Shown here: positions 28,088-37,926 of the stretch, piece after piece
How the letters are laid out: each line of letters begins with the position of its first letter
Position numbering within the stretch: position 1 is the first letter of the stretch
From: an uncultured Planctomycetota bacterium
GTDB taxonomy: Bacteria; Planctomycetota; Phycisphaerae; Tepidisphaerales; Tepidisphaeraceae
DNA length: 64,000 bases
Direction of reading: 5' to 3'
Assembly: GCA_963841915.1 (NCBI GenBank)
Contig: CAWJEN010000006.1
Coordinates: 1,600,001-1,664,000 of the forward strand
Made by a program: the position numbers and the translations under genes
The notes under the pieces: model-generated
What the model saw: only the letters and a program-made list of their open reading frames with translations
Told to the model about the DNA's origin: nothing
Databases searched by the model: none

Positions 28088-29031
28088 CGTGCCTCCGTTC
28101 GTCCGGCCCACTTCTGGATGATGGCAAAGGCGAAGAGGATCATGGCCAAGACCCAACCAATGGCCGACGCATAGCCGAGATCACCGAGGCGGAAGCCTTT
28201 TTCGTAGAGGTACATCACGACGGTGAGGCCGCTACGCCCTGGGCCACCGTTTTCGCCAAGAAGCAGGTAGGGCAGCTCGAAGAGCTGCATGCTGCCGATG
28301 ATCGACAGCAGCACGACAAAGGTCGCGACAGGCCGAATGGCGGGAATAGTGACATGCAGGAACCGATCCCAAGGTCCGGCACCATCGATTTCCGCCGCCT
28401 CGAGCAGCTCGCGGCTGACGTTCTGCAACGCCGCCAGGAAGTAGACCATGTTGAACCCGACGTAGAGCCAGAACGAGGCGATGATGAGGGCCGGCATCGC
28501 GTACTGCTGGAGCCACGGGAAGTTGATGTCCCACACGCCACCGGTGATGTTCGCCAGGAAGACGTTCAGCAGGCCGGTGCCTTTGTTGAAGATCAGCCCG
28601 AACAGGATCGCGACGAACGCCAAGCCGATCAGGACCGGGGCAAAGAAGATCAGCCGGAAGAACGCACGCCCCCGCAGCTCCGGGCGATTCAGCAGCAACG
28701 CCAGACCAAGCGACGCCGGCAATTGCACGAAAACGGAGCCGGCGGCAAAGATGAATGTGTTGCGGAGGGCGATCCAGAACTCGCCGTCGCTTAAGAGCCA
28801 GCGAAAGTTATCGAAGCCGACGAACGTCGTCACGGCCGGTCCGCTGTTCTGCTGGGTCGACATCACGACCGAGTAGGCCAGCGGGTAGACCGTGAAGATC
28901 AGAAACAGCAGGGCAAAGGGCGCGATGAAGAAGTACGGCGCCCACCAAGCGTGCGGCTGCAACGAGTTGGCCGGGTCGTCGGTGGTCCTGACGACACCAG
29001 CGGCGGCGGCGGTGGTCGAAGGGCTACTCAC
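28084..29031 (-). CDS. Carbohydrate ABC transporter permease (MalF-like)
   Basis: FVGFDNF, ELLEAAEIDGAG, GYASAIGW. Confidence 0.92.
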   Translation of the reverse strand: MSSPSTTAAAAGVVRTTDDPANSLQPHAWWAPYFFIAPFALLFLIFTVYPLAYSVVMSTQQNSGPAVTTFVGFDNFRWLLSDGEFWIALRNTFIFAAGSVFVQLPASLGLALLLNRPELRGRAFFRLIFFAPVLIGLAFVAILFGLIFNKGTGLLNVFLANITGGVWDINFPWLQQYAMPALIIASFWLYVGFNMVYFLAALQNVSRELLEAAEIDGAGPWDRFLHVTIPAIRPVATFVVLLSIIGSMQLFELPYLLLGENGGPGRSGLTVVMYLYEKGFRLGDLGYASAIGWVLAMILFAFAIIQKWAGRTEAR

Positions 29032-30463
29032 GCGTGCCTCCTTCGCGCTCTGCTGCCAGGAAGCGGTTTCGGCTCATCTCCTGACGAACCAGCGTCGCAG
29101 CTTCCTTCAGGAGCTCTCGGGCACGAGGTTCGAGCTGGGCTGCGGTGATGGTCGCGGTCGGGCCGAACGCGCCAGATTCTGCCTCGTTGTAGAGCTTGAC
29201 CGAGACTTCACCGATTCGCTGCATGGCCGTCCTGTGGTACGGGTTGGACGAACGGAAGGGAACGTCTGGTGCCTGCTCGATGTAGAGCGTGCCGCTCGGC
29301 TGATTGGCAAAGTACGGGTCGGGCTCGTGGTAGTACGGGGCATCCCAGAACGACAAGACGGGCGAGATGATGTTGTTCGTTTTGAAGAGGCGCTCAGCAA
29401 GTTCCGGCGACAAATACAACTGTTTGGCGGCTGACCATGCCCGCTCGAAATCATCGGTTGCTTTAGGTATTCCCATCATCGTTCCGCCCCAGACGCTCGT
29501 CCGTCGGCCGCCCTCGTCCCAGGCGGGAAGCGGCATCAGCTTGTACTTGCCAGACAACTGCGGCAGGTCGAGTTTGTACACGCCGGCCAGCCAGTCGGGC
29601 ATGATCTGGCAGATCACCTTGCCGTCGATTCGCATCTGGTTACCCATCGGGTCAAAGTCAGGCGCGTCGATGGCGATCCGCGACGGCCCCACCATCCAAG
29701 CGATGCACTGTGCCAGCACCCGCACATTGGCGTCGCTGTCGACGAGCAGATCGTCCTGCTCGTCAAACGTCCCGCCACCCGCCTGAAGGAGCAACGCCTC
29801 CAGGCCGTCGTTCCGCGTGTACCACATGCTTAGCAGAAACCGGTCGTTTCGACCGTCACCGTCGAGGTCGGCGACGAGTGGTCGCATCAACCGCTCGAAG
29901 TCGTCCCACGTCTTGATCTGTGACACGTCAATGCCGGCCGCTTCGACGAGGTCGGCCCGGTAGCACAGCAGCACCGGATGCACGTCGTGCGGCAACCCGA
30001 AGATCCGGCCGCGGCTCGTCCACGGGCCGAATGACGCCGGGTTGATGATCTTGTCGAGGCCCTCAGACTTGATGCGGTCGGTCAGGTCCGTGAAGCCGAC
30101 ATGCTCGAGCGGGCCAGTGACAAAGTTGCTGATCGCGTTGCGCTCGACCTCGATCAGGTCGGCCAAAGGCGTTCCTGACCAGAAACCAGACAGAGTCCGC
30201 CGTTCGAGCGCGATGCCGTCAATCGTATAGACGTCCAGCGGCACAGCCCCCGGCTCATTGGCCGCCTCTGCGGATAGCTGCTGGTACAACTCGCTGTGAT
30301 TTCGGGCAAAGGTCCATAGCTCCAAACCTTCGGATTTCGAGATCGGCCAAGCGTTGACGACGACGGTCGACACCACGGCGATGATCAGAATGATCCACGT
30401 GCCCGGCGAAAGCACGTCGAACGGCCGCCACGCAAAGCGGGAAGTGTCAGTCGTCTTGTCCAA
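29024..30463 (-). CDS. Carbohydrate ABC transporter substrate-binding protein
   Basis: N-terminal TM anchor; GRIFGLPHD, YRADL, WGGT; upstream of two permeases. Confidence 0.85.
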   Translation of the reverse strand: MDKTTDTSRFAWRPFDVLSPGTWIILIIAVVSTVVVNAWPISKSEGLELWTFARNHSELYQQLSAEAANEPGAVPLDVYTIDGIALERRTLSGFWSGTPLADLIEVERNAISNFVTGPLEHVGFTDLTDRIKSEGLDKIINPASFGPWTSRGRIFGLPHDVHPVLLCYRADLVEAAGIDVSQIKTWDDFERLMRPLVADLDGDGRNDRFLLSMWYTRNDGLEALLLQAGGGTFDEQDDLLVDSDANVRVLAQCIAWMVGPSRIAIDAPDFDPMGNQMRIDGKVICQIMPDWLAGVYKLDLPQLSGKYKLMPLPAWDEGGRRTSVWGGTMMGIPKATDDFERAWSAAKQLYLSPELAERLFKTNNIISPVLSFWDAPYYHEPDPYFANQPSGTLYIEQAPDVPFRSSNPYHRTAMQRIGEVSVKLYNEAESGAFGPTATITAAQLEPRARELLKEAATLVRQEMSRNRFLAAEREGGTRE

Positions 30464-30586
30464 ACGTTCCTCCTCAGGGTGGTTCGACCAGATGTGCCCG
30501 GCGTCTCGTCTTCATCATATCAAGCATGCTGCTGTGGCAAGCTCGACATCGGCGTCGTCATTGTCGCTACGGTAGCACCGCCCGCA

Positions 30587-30600
30587 TGAAAGCGATTACA
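30587..30600. promoter_or_regulatory. LacI-type operator upstream of the ABC operon
   Basis: TGAAAGCGATTACA, 12/14 match to the palindrome at 26788. Confidence 0.55.
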
Positions 30601-31214
30601 TCCACGCCCATGTTTCTTGCTGAGAAGACGTCATGTATCGCTGGAACGGGGCTGAGCAGAAGGTCGATGGCTATTAACGCGGCAACGCCCCCGAAAGCGT
30701 CGCAGGCTCACAACGACGTTTACTGGTCATGTTGTCGAGGTCGATCGGGCCGTCAGCCTGCCTCATCTGCGACCGCAAGGGCCGGCGAGTCAAGGCGGTG
30801 ACTTTGTGCGTGCAGATCGTATGTACCGCCTATGCGCTCGCTAGAACAGCTTCCTTGGCAGGTCTTACACGGTGCCTAGATACTTCGCACTCTGCCGAAT
30901 CCGCCTCAACAAGGAGGGGCTCGTCAAGGGTCCGCACAAGCGATTGGGCGAGAGAAGATGCCGCCGATTGTCGAACCTGATCAAGAAGTCGAGATGATGC
31001 GAATCGCTTTCCTCCCATTGAGCCCGGTCCTGGAGAGCCGAACCGCATCACGCTCCTCTGCTAGCCCGACCCATTTTGCCTGACTCGTCCGCAGACAACT
31101 GGATCCTGCCGGCCGCCGCGTTGGCAGACGCAAAAAGGACCCTTTGAGCCTGTGCCTTCATGTTCGCCATCGATCGAATGCCGACCCGTGGGACGACCCA
31201 GTGTGTCAAGCGAC

Positions 31215-32654
31215 TTACTCGGCGTTTGGGGCGTCGGCATCGGGAATGTGCTCCCGAAGGCGGTCGCGCTGACCGGCGGCGGCGGGATCGTCAATACGGT
31301 TGGTGAAGGCGTGCGGGTCGGCTTGTAAGTCGTACAGCTCCTCCTTCATGTTGGCGTAGCGGATCAGCCGCCAGTCGTTGGCGCGGACGGCGTGGTGTCC
31401 GCGGCCGCTCGTCGTGACGACGGGCTGGTCCCAGTCGGCGTCGTCGATCTTGCCGGTGATGAGGCCGGCGAGTGACAGGCCGTCGAGGCCGCGGCGCGGG
31501 GGCAGGCCGGTTACGTCTAGCAGCGTCGGGTAGAGGTCGACAAGACTCACGGCGACGTCGACTTGCTTGCCCGCCGGTACGCCGGGACCGCGAATGAATA
31601 GCGGGGAGCGCGTCGACTCGTCCCAAAGCGTAAATTTTCCCCAGTGCTGCTTTTCTCCGAGATGAAAGCCATGGTCGGAGACAACGATCACAAGCGTGTT
31701 TTCAGCATGGCCTGACTCCTCCAGCGCATCCAGCACGCGGCCGATTTCGTGGTCGGCGTAGCTGACGCACGCCAGATACGCCCGCACGAGCTCGCGAGCT
31801 TGGCCGCGCATCCTGATGGTGTCGTCATAGTCGAAGTTGCGGAAGGCATCGAGACCCCAAGCGATCGAGGGGATGTCGTTGCGGTCTTCTTCGCAGACCA
31901 CGGGCATCGTAATGTCGTCGAGCTCGTACTGGTCGAAGAATTGCTGCGGTGCGTAGAACGGCGCGTGCGGCTTCAGGATGCCAACGGCCATAAAGAATGG
32001 CTGGGGCAGCGACTCTTCCAGAAGTTGCTCGGTCGCCCAGTCGGCAATCTTTTCATCGAGCGGCGGGGCATCCTCGTCCTTGATGGCGTACCAGTCGAGT
32101 TTGCCGACGGAGTCGGGCTGCATGCGGCCGCGCATTCCGTCGGGCGGAAGAAAGAATGTGCCCGTCTCTTCCGGCGTCAAGTAGCGGTTCCACGAGGGTG
32201 GGTCGCTGTTCCAAAGCTCGGGACTGCGATTCGGTGCGTGAAAAATCTTTCCGCCTGCGATCGTGTGGTAGCCGGCCTCACGAAACGCCTGAGGCAGCGT
32301 CGTTGCATTGGCTAGGACGGGGCTGGCTCGCATCGGCGACCAGTTCTCGTAGATGCCCGACCGCGCCGGCATCACTCCCGTAAGCAACGCCGTTCGCGAT
32401 GGCCCGCATGACGATGCCGCCGCGTGGGCGTTGCTGAAAGTTACGCCCTGCTCGGCCAGCTTCGCGAACGTCGGCGTCATCGCATCCGGGTGACCGCCGA
32501 GCGGCTCGATCCAATCGTTGAGGTCATCGACGGTGATGAGCAGCACGTTCATCGGTTGCTCTGCGACTTTCTCAGCAGATGCGATGGCGGCAAGCCCGAA
32601 GGCCGCGAGGCAACCGACGAAGGCGGTGACCATAGTGTTTGAAGAGTTGGGCAT
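31215..32654 (-). CDS. Sulfatase (iduronate-2-sulfatase-like), secreted
   Basis: NVLLITVDDLN, CGPSRTALLTG, GKIFH, KPHAP, SDHGFHLGEKQHWGK. Confidence 0.92.
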   Translation of the reverse strand: MPNSSNTMVTAFVGCLAAFGLAAIASAEKVAEQPMNVLLITVDDLNDWIEPLGGHPDAMTPTFAKLAEQGVTFSNAHAAASSCGPSRTALLTGVMPARSGIYENWSPMRASPVLANATTLPQAFREAGYHTIAGGKIFHAPNRSPELWNSDPPSWNRYLTPEETGTFFLPPDGMRGRMQPDSVGKLDWYAIKDEDAPPLDEKIADWATEQLLEESLPQPFFMAVGILKPHAPFYAPQQFFDQYELDDITMPVVCEEDRNDIPSIAWGLDAFRNFDYDDTIRMRGQARELVRAYLACVSYADHEIGRVLDALEESGHAENTLVIVVSDHGFHLGEKQHWGKFTLWDESTRSPLFIRGPGVPAGKQVDVAVSLVDLYPTLLDVTGLPPRRGLDGLSLAGLITGKIDDADWDQPVVTTSGRGHHAVRANDWRLIRYANMKEELYDLQADPHAFTNRIDDPAAAGQRDRLREHIPDADAPNAE

Positions 32655-32746
32655 TGCAAGGGTCCGTGGCACGACACGCAGTATCGGGAAGATATCAATC
32701 AGGAACTTCGGCTAGCAATCACGACATTCCATGCCGTGCCACGGAT

Positions 32747-33366
32747 TTAGTCGATGGCAATGGCAAACGGCACGGCCGGAAGGTCGGACCCGTCGGCTTG
32801 TTTGGCGAACAGGTTCACCGACGGGTCAGCGGTGAAGGCGTAACGGATTTCGCGAACATCGCCGGGCATGACACTGTCGGCGGTGAGTGCGATGATGTCT
32901 GCGGCGACGATCTCGGCGGTGGCGGGGACGACCACGTCGGCGGTCGTAACGAACTCGAAGTGGCGAGGCGATTGATCGTCCGACGTGACGAGGCGGGTGC
33001 CGGGGTGGGCAAAGCGGACGCGAATCGTTTGGCCGATGCGTTCGACGTCGGCCGGGCTGGAAAAACGTCTCTGTGCGTAGCGGTAGAGGTGCCAACCGCG
33101 ACGAGCTCGTGCGGGCCTTTGGCGATGATCGGGTCAAGCGTGGCTTGCCAACGGCCGGTGTCATCGGCAATGGCGGTCGCTTCCTGATCGGCGACGGTGA
33201 CGAAGACAAGTGTGCCCGGCGCTTCGTGACCCCAGACGGAGAGGGGCTTGTCCGCCTGAAGGACCATGCCGTTGCCGAATGGGGCACCGAAGTGCGTGTC
33301 GGCTTTAGCAAGCGTGCACGCTGCAAGGGCGACGACAACCGGGAGGATTACATGTGGTCGAAACAT
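32747..33366 (-). pseudogene. Sialate O-acetylesterase remnant with the catalytic domain deleted
   Basis: N-terminus (FGNGMVLQ, VWG, GRWQATL) joined out of frame near 33060 to the C-terminus (IRVRF, IRYAF, NLF, LPAVPF); no GQSNM motif. Confidence 0.75.
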
Positions 33367-33440
33367 CGGAAGCTCAGATGGGTTCTGCAACACACTTTGC
33401 GTCATGCCACGTGGCATGGCACGAAGTATCATGAGACGGC

Positions 33441-34880
33441 CTAGTGAATGTGCATGATCGACCGCTGGCTTTGCCCGAGGTAGGAGGCGGCGCCGAGGCC
33501 GCTGGAGTCTTTAGCACGTAGGTCGGCGACGGACGGTCGTTCGAGGTGATCGTTGCGAAGGCTGCCGTCGACGAGATCAGCGTGATCTTCGTTGCGGAGC
33601 ACTTCGACGAATCGCTCGCGCATGGAGGCCGTCGCGGCGGCGTCGAGTGGTCGTTCGTCGTGCGGGTCGGACTCAACGTCGAAACAAAGCTCAGAACCGT
33701 CGGCGGTCGAGTACATGTACTTGCGGCAACCGTCGTGGAGCATGTGGCTCTGCTGGATCTGGCCATGCATGAGGTGGTCGCCCAAGCAGTCGCCGCGAAG
33801 AGCGGGCAACAGCGAGCGGCCGGTGACGTCGCTTGGCACGCGAGCTTTGGCAACGTCGCAGAGCGTCGGCAACAGGTCGGCCAACTCGACGAGGTCGCGA
33901 CTGACGCGTCCGGGTGAGGCGTCCCACGCCGACGGCGGGCGGACGATGAGCGGGACTCTAGCGGAGTGGTTAAGGAAGGATCGCTTGCCCATCGTTCCGT
34001 GATCGCCGACCGCTTCGCCGTGGTCGGAGGTGTAAATGACGAGCGTGTTCGAGAAGTCGCCGAACGCTTCGAGCTGCCCGCGGAGGCGGCCGACCTGGTG
34101 GTCGAGATTCGAAATCATTCCGGCATAAACGGCACGGGCGTGACGCATCTGCTGCGGCGACATCGGGCCGCTATTACAGGTGTGGCGTTGGCAGTAGAGC
34201 TCGTAGGGCTCCCGATCGGTGCCTACCCAGTCAGGCACAACAGGCGTCGGCAGGTCATCGCCACGCGGACCGTCATACAAGCTGTAGTACGGCTCGTGAA
34301 TCGTTAGTGGCGGGTGCGGGTCGAGTAGCGACACCCACAGGGCGAACGGTTGGCTGCGGTCGCGGGTCTCAAGGAAGTCGCAGGCCTTGTCCACGCACCA
34401 GTCCGTCGAGTGCAGGTGTCTCGGGAACGGGCTGAGCGTCGGCGACGTCTCGTTGAAGCCGAGGCCGACGAGCGTGCCGGGGCGGCCAGTTTCAACGAGC
34501 TGCTGTCGCTTGAGTTCGCTGAGCCAGGTGACGTGTTCAAAGCCGCCACGGAAATCGGGCTCGGTGTGCCAGTGTGTTTTGCCGATGAGCTCGGTCTGGT
34601 AGCCGGCCTCTGTGAGGAGGCTGCCGAGAAAATCAGATCTCCTGCGCGGCAGTCGCCAATCGCCGGCATAGGCCGGCTGCCCATTTTGGTACGCCCGTCG
34701 ACCGGTGATGAGCGTGGTGCGGGCGGGCACACAAACAGGGCAGTCGACATAGGCGTTGTCAAAACGGAGGCCTTCGTTAGCGAGTTGATCGAGGTGCGGC
34801 GTCGCGAGCCCGCCGCCGGCGCAGCCGAGGAAGTCAGCGCGGTGCTGATCGCTGGTGATGAGCAGGATGTTGGGCGACAT
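33441..34880 (-). CDS. Sulfatase (Cys-type)
   Basis: PNILLITSDQHR, CVPARTTLITG, GKTH, DPHPP, TSDHGE. Confidence 0.92.
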   Translation of the reverse strand: MSPNILLITSDQHRADFLGCAGGGLATPHLDQLANEGLRFDNAYVDCPVCVPARTTLITGRRAYQNGQPAYAGDWRLPRRRSDFLGSLLTEAGYQTELIGKTHWHTEPDFRGGFEHVTWLSELKRQQLVETGRPGTLVGLGFNETSPTLSPFPRHLHSTDWCVDKACDFLETRDRSQPFALWVSLLDPHPPLTIHEPYYSLYDGPRGDDLPTPVVPDWVGTDREPYELYCQRHTCNSGPMSPQQMRHARAVYAGMISNLDHQVGRLRGQLEAFGDFSNTLVIYTSDHGEAVGDHGTMGKRSFLNHSARVPLIVRPPSAWDASPGRVSRDLVELADLLPTLCDVAKARVPSDVTGRSLLPALRGDCLGDHLMHGQIQQSHMLHDGCRKYMYSTADGSELCFDVESDPHDERPLDAAATASMRERFVEVLRNEDHADLVDGSLRNDHLERPSVADLRAKDSSGLGAASYLGQSQRSIMHIH

Positions 34881-34889
34881 CGACACGTT

Positions 34890-35236
34890 CTAAGGCTTCT
34901 CAAAGGGAACGACTTCCGTTACATGCGGGTCGCGATCGATCATGCGAAGCATCGGGTCGTCCGACGCCGCCATCCGGTGGCGGACATGCGCCCGCATTGT
35001 CACCAGCGTGTCGGCGTGGGCCGGATTGTCCGCAACGTTGACGCGGCACGACGGGTCGGAATCGAGATCGTAAAGCGCCTCCGCATCACGTCGTAGATAC
35101 CGGTCGAGCCACGCGGCGACGGCATAGTCCTGCTTCGCCGCCAGGCGGATCAATCCGAAGCTGCGGTCCTGGTGGCTCTCGTTGTTCGGCTTGCCCGCGG
35201 CGGCGGCGTTGCTGACAACCACCTCCTGCCCCTCAT
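34890..35236 (-). pseudogene. C-terminal fragment of a sulfatase/sulfamidase
   Basis: RYLRRDAEALYDLDSDPSCRVNVADNP...DDP; no N-terminal catalytic CxPxR region. Confidence 0.65.
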
Positions 35237-37926
35237 GGCCGGACCTCTCCAAGCTCGTTGCGGTTGAAGTGGTAGACGCGGCCGTCGTCGGTGCCGCAGA
35301 TGAGGTCGAGTTTGCCGTCGTCATCAAGATCGGTCGGCCACACGCTCGCGACATGCTTTCCAAGCTGGACAACTTTGCCGTCGACCGTGAAAAGCTTCGG
35401 CCGGGCGAAAGAAGGCGATTTCTCCGTGCCGATGTTCTCGAACCACATCATCGCCCCGAGCAGGAGCGGCTCGAACGTCGGGTCGACGTACTGGTTGTTC
35501 CCACCGTGGCCGCCATAGACGATGTCCCAATCGCCGTCGCCGTCCCAGTCGGTGACGGTGGGCTTACCACGTCCCCAAAAGCCACCGGGGCCGCTCATGC
35601 GCATGGTCGATCCGTTGTCGTAGGTGAGCTTTTCTTCGTCGAGGACGACCATCGGATCTGACGAGGCAAACGTGGCCAGGGCGAAGTCGCCGTCCCAATC
35701 CTGGATGAGCAGTTGCTTCTTATCGCCGTTGTTTGGGACGACGGCCGGACGCTGCCGCCACGCGAGCTCCCACACGGTGCCGTCGGTCGTGCGGATCGGC
35801 TGCGGCTCGGCGACGTTCAAACCGTCAAGACCGCGGGCGACCATGAGGCGCGGCGTCGTTTCGCCGTACAGCACGTCGAGCGTGCCGTCACCATCCCAGT
35901 CCGTCGCGAGCGGATTGACGTAGCCCCATCGCGACTCGTCGACGCCCTGGATGGAGCCGGTGGGCAAAGGCTGGTGGTGCCACGGCTCGCCGTTTAACAT
36001 CAGCGGCTGCGGGCCGCGGTATACGAGAGGATCGCTCGTTCCGGGCCAAAGGGCGAAGTAGCCCGATGCGTCGCCCATCAGGATGTCCTGCGTGCCGTCG
36101 CCGTCGTAGTCAAGGCGTTGCGGAACGACGAGCGTCTGCATACGTAGCGGCCCACCGATGCCGGTTGTAACGGCCTCGCGGTAGTCGCCGACAGCGTCGC
36201 CGTGCAAGACGCCGAACGAGCCGGGGTTGCCGCTGACGAGAATCTCGTCGTTGCCATCTCCATCGAGGTCGTCGCTGCTCATGTGCAGCGGCATATAGAC
36301 ATGCTTGAGCAACGCTCCGTCGGCGAGCAACGCCTCTGGCTTGCCACCACGGACGACGTCGCCCTGCACCTCAAATGGCACTGCAAGCACCTCGTCGAGC
36401 GATCCGCCAAGGACGACGTAGCGCTGACCGCCGATAGTCGAGACGACGCCGCGGGCATGGCCGGGGCCTTTCCAGATCAGCGGGAAGTCTTCCCGCCCGA
36501 GGTAGACCGGCAGCGGGCCGCTCATGCTGAGACGGCCGTCGGCGTTGCGGCTGCCGCGGGCCCAGAAGAATTCGGCTCGACGGTTGTCCGCGAGAAACTC
36601 ACCGTTGACGGAGTACGTCCGGCCGGGCCCGGCATATCGCGTCACCTGGCGCGTCCAAAACGAGACGCCGTCGGGGTACTGCTTCTTTTGATTCTTGATG
36701 AAGAGCAGGTCGGTGATTCCGTCGCCATCAATGTCAGCCGCGTCGCATGCAACGGCGTCGCCTTCAATCTCCGGCAGAATCGCGTCGAATGGGTAGCCGT
36801 CGAAGGTCAATCGGTACGGCTCGCCGAACTCTGGCTCGCCGCTTGTGCCGATGTTTGGGAAGACGACGTGGTCGCTTTGGCCGAAGCCGGCGGTGCGGCC
36901 TTCGCTGATGAGGTCGAATACACCATCCTCACGCTCGACGCTCCAGTACGGTCCACCGGCGAGTTGATCACTCCACTTCGTCTCGTGAAGGACGTCGTAT
37001 CTGCGGTACAGAAGCTGGCCATCCTTCGGCTTCCATTCCGGATCGCGGAACAGGTGGATGTGCGGGTTGGGTCCGAACGATCGAGCCAGAAGGCTCGGCG
37101 GCCCTCCTTCCCAGCGAACCCACTCGCCCTGCGTCGCGTTTCCCTGTGCCAGCGGAACGACGGCATCATCGACGGTGCGTAGCTGCCGATCCGAATAGAG
37201 CGAGTTCACCTCCGGAGGTTGCCACGCAGGAGCGGCGGCCTGCGGTTCGCCGATGTCCGTATTGCCGTCGGCAAGCTGCTTGATCTGCTCGTCCGACAGC
37301 AAGCCGCCGAATACCATGACCTCGTCGAGGTCGCCGACGTGGCGGCGGGTGCCGAGGGTGCCGACGTGGGCGGTGTCAGCACGCATGAACATCGGGCCGA
37401 TGCGACGCTGAATGACCTGCTTACCGTTGACAAAGATGCGGACAAGGCGACCATCGTGGGTGGCGGCGAGGTGGAACCACTCGTTCAGTGGAAGCTCGTC
37501 ACCGGCTCGCAAGGTGCCATCAGTGCCAGGCGCGGTGCGGACGCGAAGTTCGGGTCGTCCCTGGCGAACGCGTAGCGACACGATTGGCTGATTCTCGTCT
37601 TCGGCAGTCAACGAGATTAATCGAGGCGGAGCTGTCGGGCCAAAGCCGTTTTCGTTCTCACCAGCTGGCCACTCACGAGCGCGGACCCACGTCGCCACCG
37701 TGAACTCCGGGCCGATCGGCTCATCGAGCTCAAAACGTGGACGCGCTTCATTCTTGTCGAACTTGCCGTAGGGGCCGTCGATGCCGTCTTCGGCCTGCTC
37801 GACTACGGGCGAGCCATCACCACGCGTCTCGAAATCGACGTGCAGCGGCTTGGCCTTGGCAGATGCGCATGTCGCGAGGCCGGCGGCGATGAGGGCGGCC
37901 GTGCTAAGCCGCTTGAATTGAAGCAT
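35233..37926 (-). CDS. Secreted LamG-like + FG-GAP/VCBS repeat protein
   Basis: LamG (FTVATWV, EWFHLAATHDG, DLDEV); several DxDGDG repeats; start 37926 or 37977. Confidence 0.8.
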   Translation of the reverse strand: MLQFKRLSTAALIAAGLATCASAKAKPLHVDFETRGDGSPVVEQAEDGIDGPYGKFDKNEARPRFELDEPIGPEFTVATWVRAREWPAGENENGFGPTAPPRLISLTAEDENQPIVSLRVRQGRPELRVRTAPGTDGTLRAGDELPLNEWFHLAATHDGRLVRIFVNGKQVIQRRIGPMFMRADTAHVGTLGTRRHVGDLDEVMVFGGLLSDEQIKQLADGNTDIGEPQAAAPAWQPPEVNSLYSDRQLRTVDDAVVPLAQGNATQGEWVRWEGGPPSLLARSFGPNPHIHLFRDPEWKPKDGQLLYRRYDVLHETKWSDQLAGGPYWSVEREDGVFDLISEGRTAGFGQSDHVVFPNIGTSGEPEFGEPYRLTFDGYPFDAILPEIEGDAVACDAADIDGDGITDLLFIKNQKKQYPDGVSFWTRQVTRYAGPGRTYSVNGEFLADNRRAEFFWARGSRNADGRLSMSGPLPVYLGREDFPLIWKGPGHARGVVSTIGGQRYVVLGGSLDEVLAVPFEVQGDVVRGGKPEALLADGALLKHVYMPLHMSSDDLDGDGNDEILVSGNPGSFGVLHGDAVGDYREAVTTGIGGPLRMQTLVVPQRLDYDGDGTQDILMGDASGYFALWPGTSDPLVYRGPQPLMLNGEPWHHQPLPTGSIQGVDESRWGYVNPLATDWDGDGTLDVLYGETTPRLMVARGLDGLNVAEPQPIRTTDGTVWELAWRQRPAVVPNNGDKKQLLIQDWDGDFALATFASSDPMVVLDEEKLTYDNGSTMRMSGPGGFWGRGKPTVTDWDGDGDWDIVYGGHGGNNQYVDPTFEPLLLGAMMWFENIGTEKSPSFARPKLFTVDGKVVQLGKHVASVWPTDLDDDGKLDLICGTDDGRVYHFNRNELGEVRP

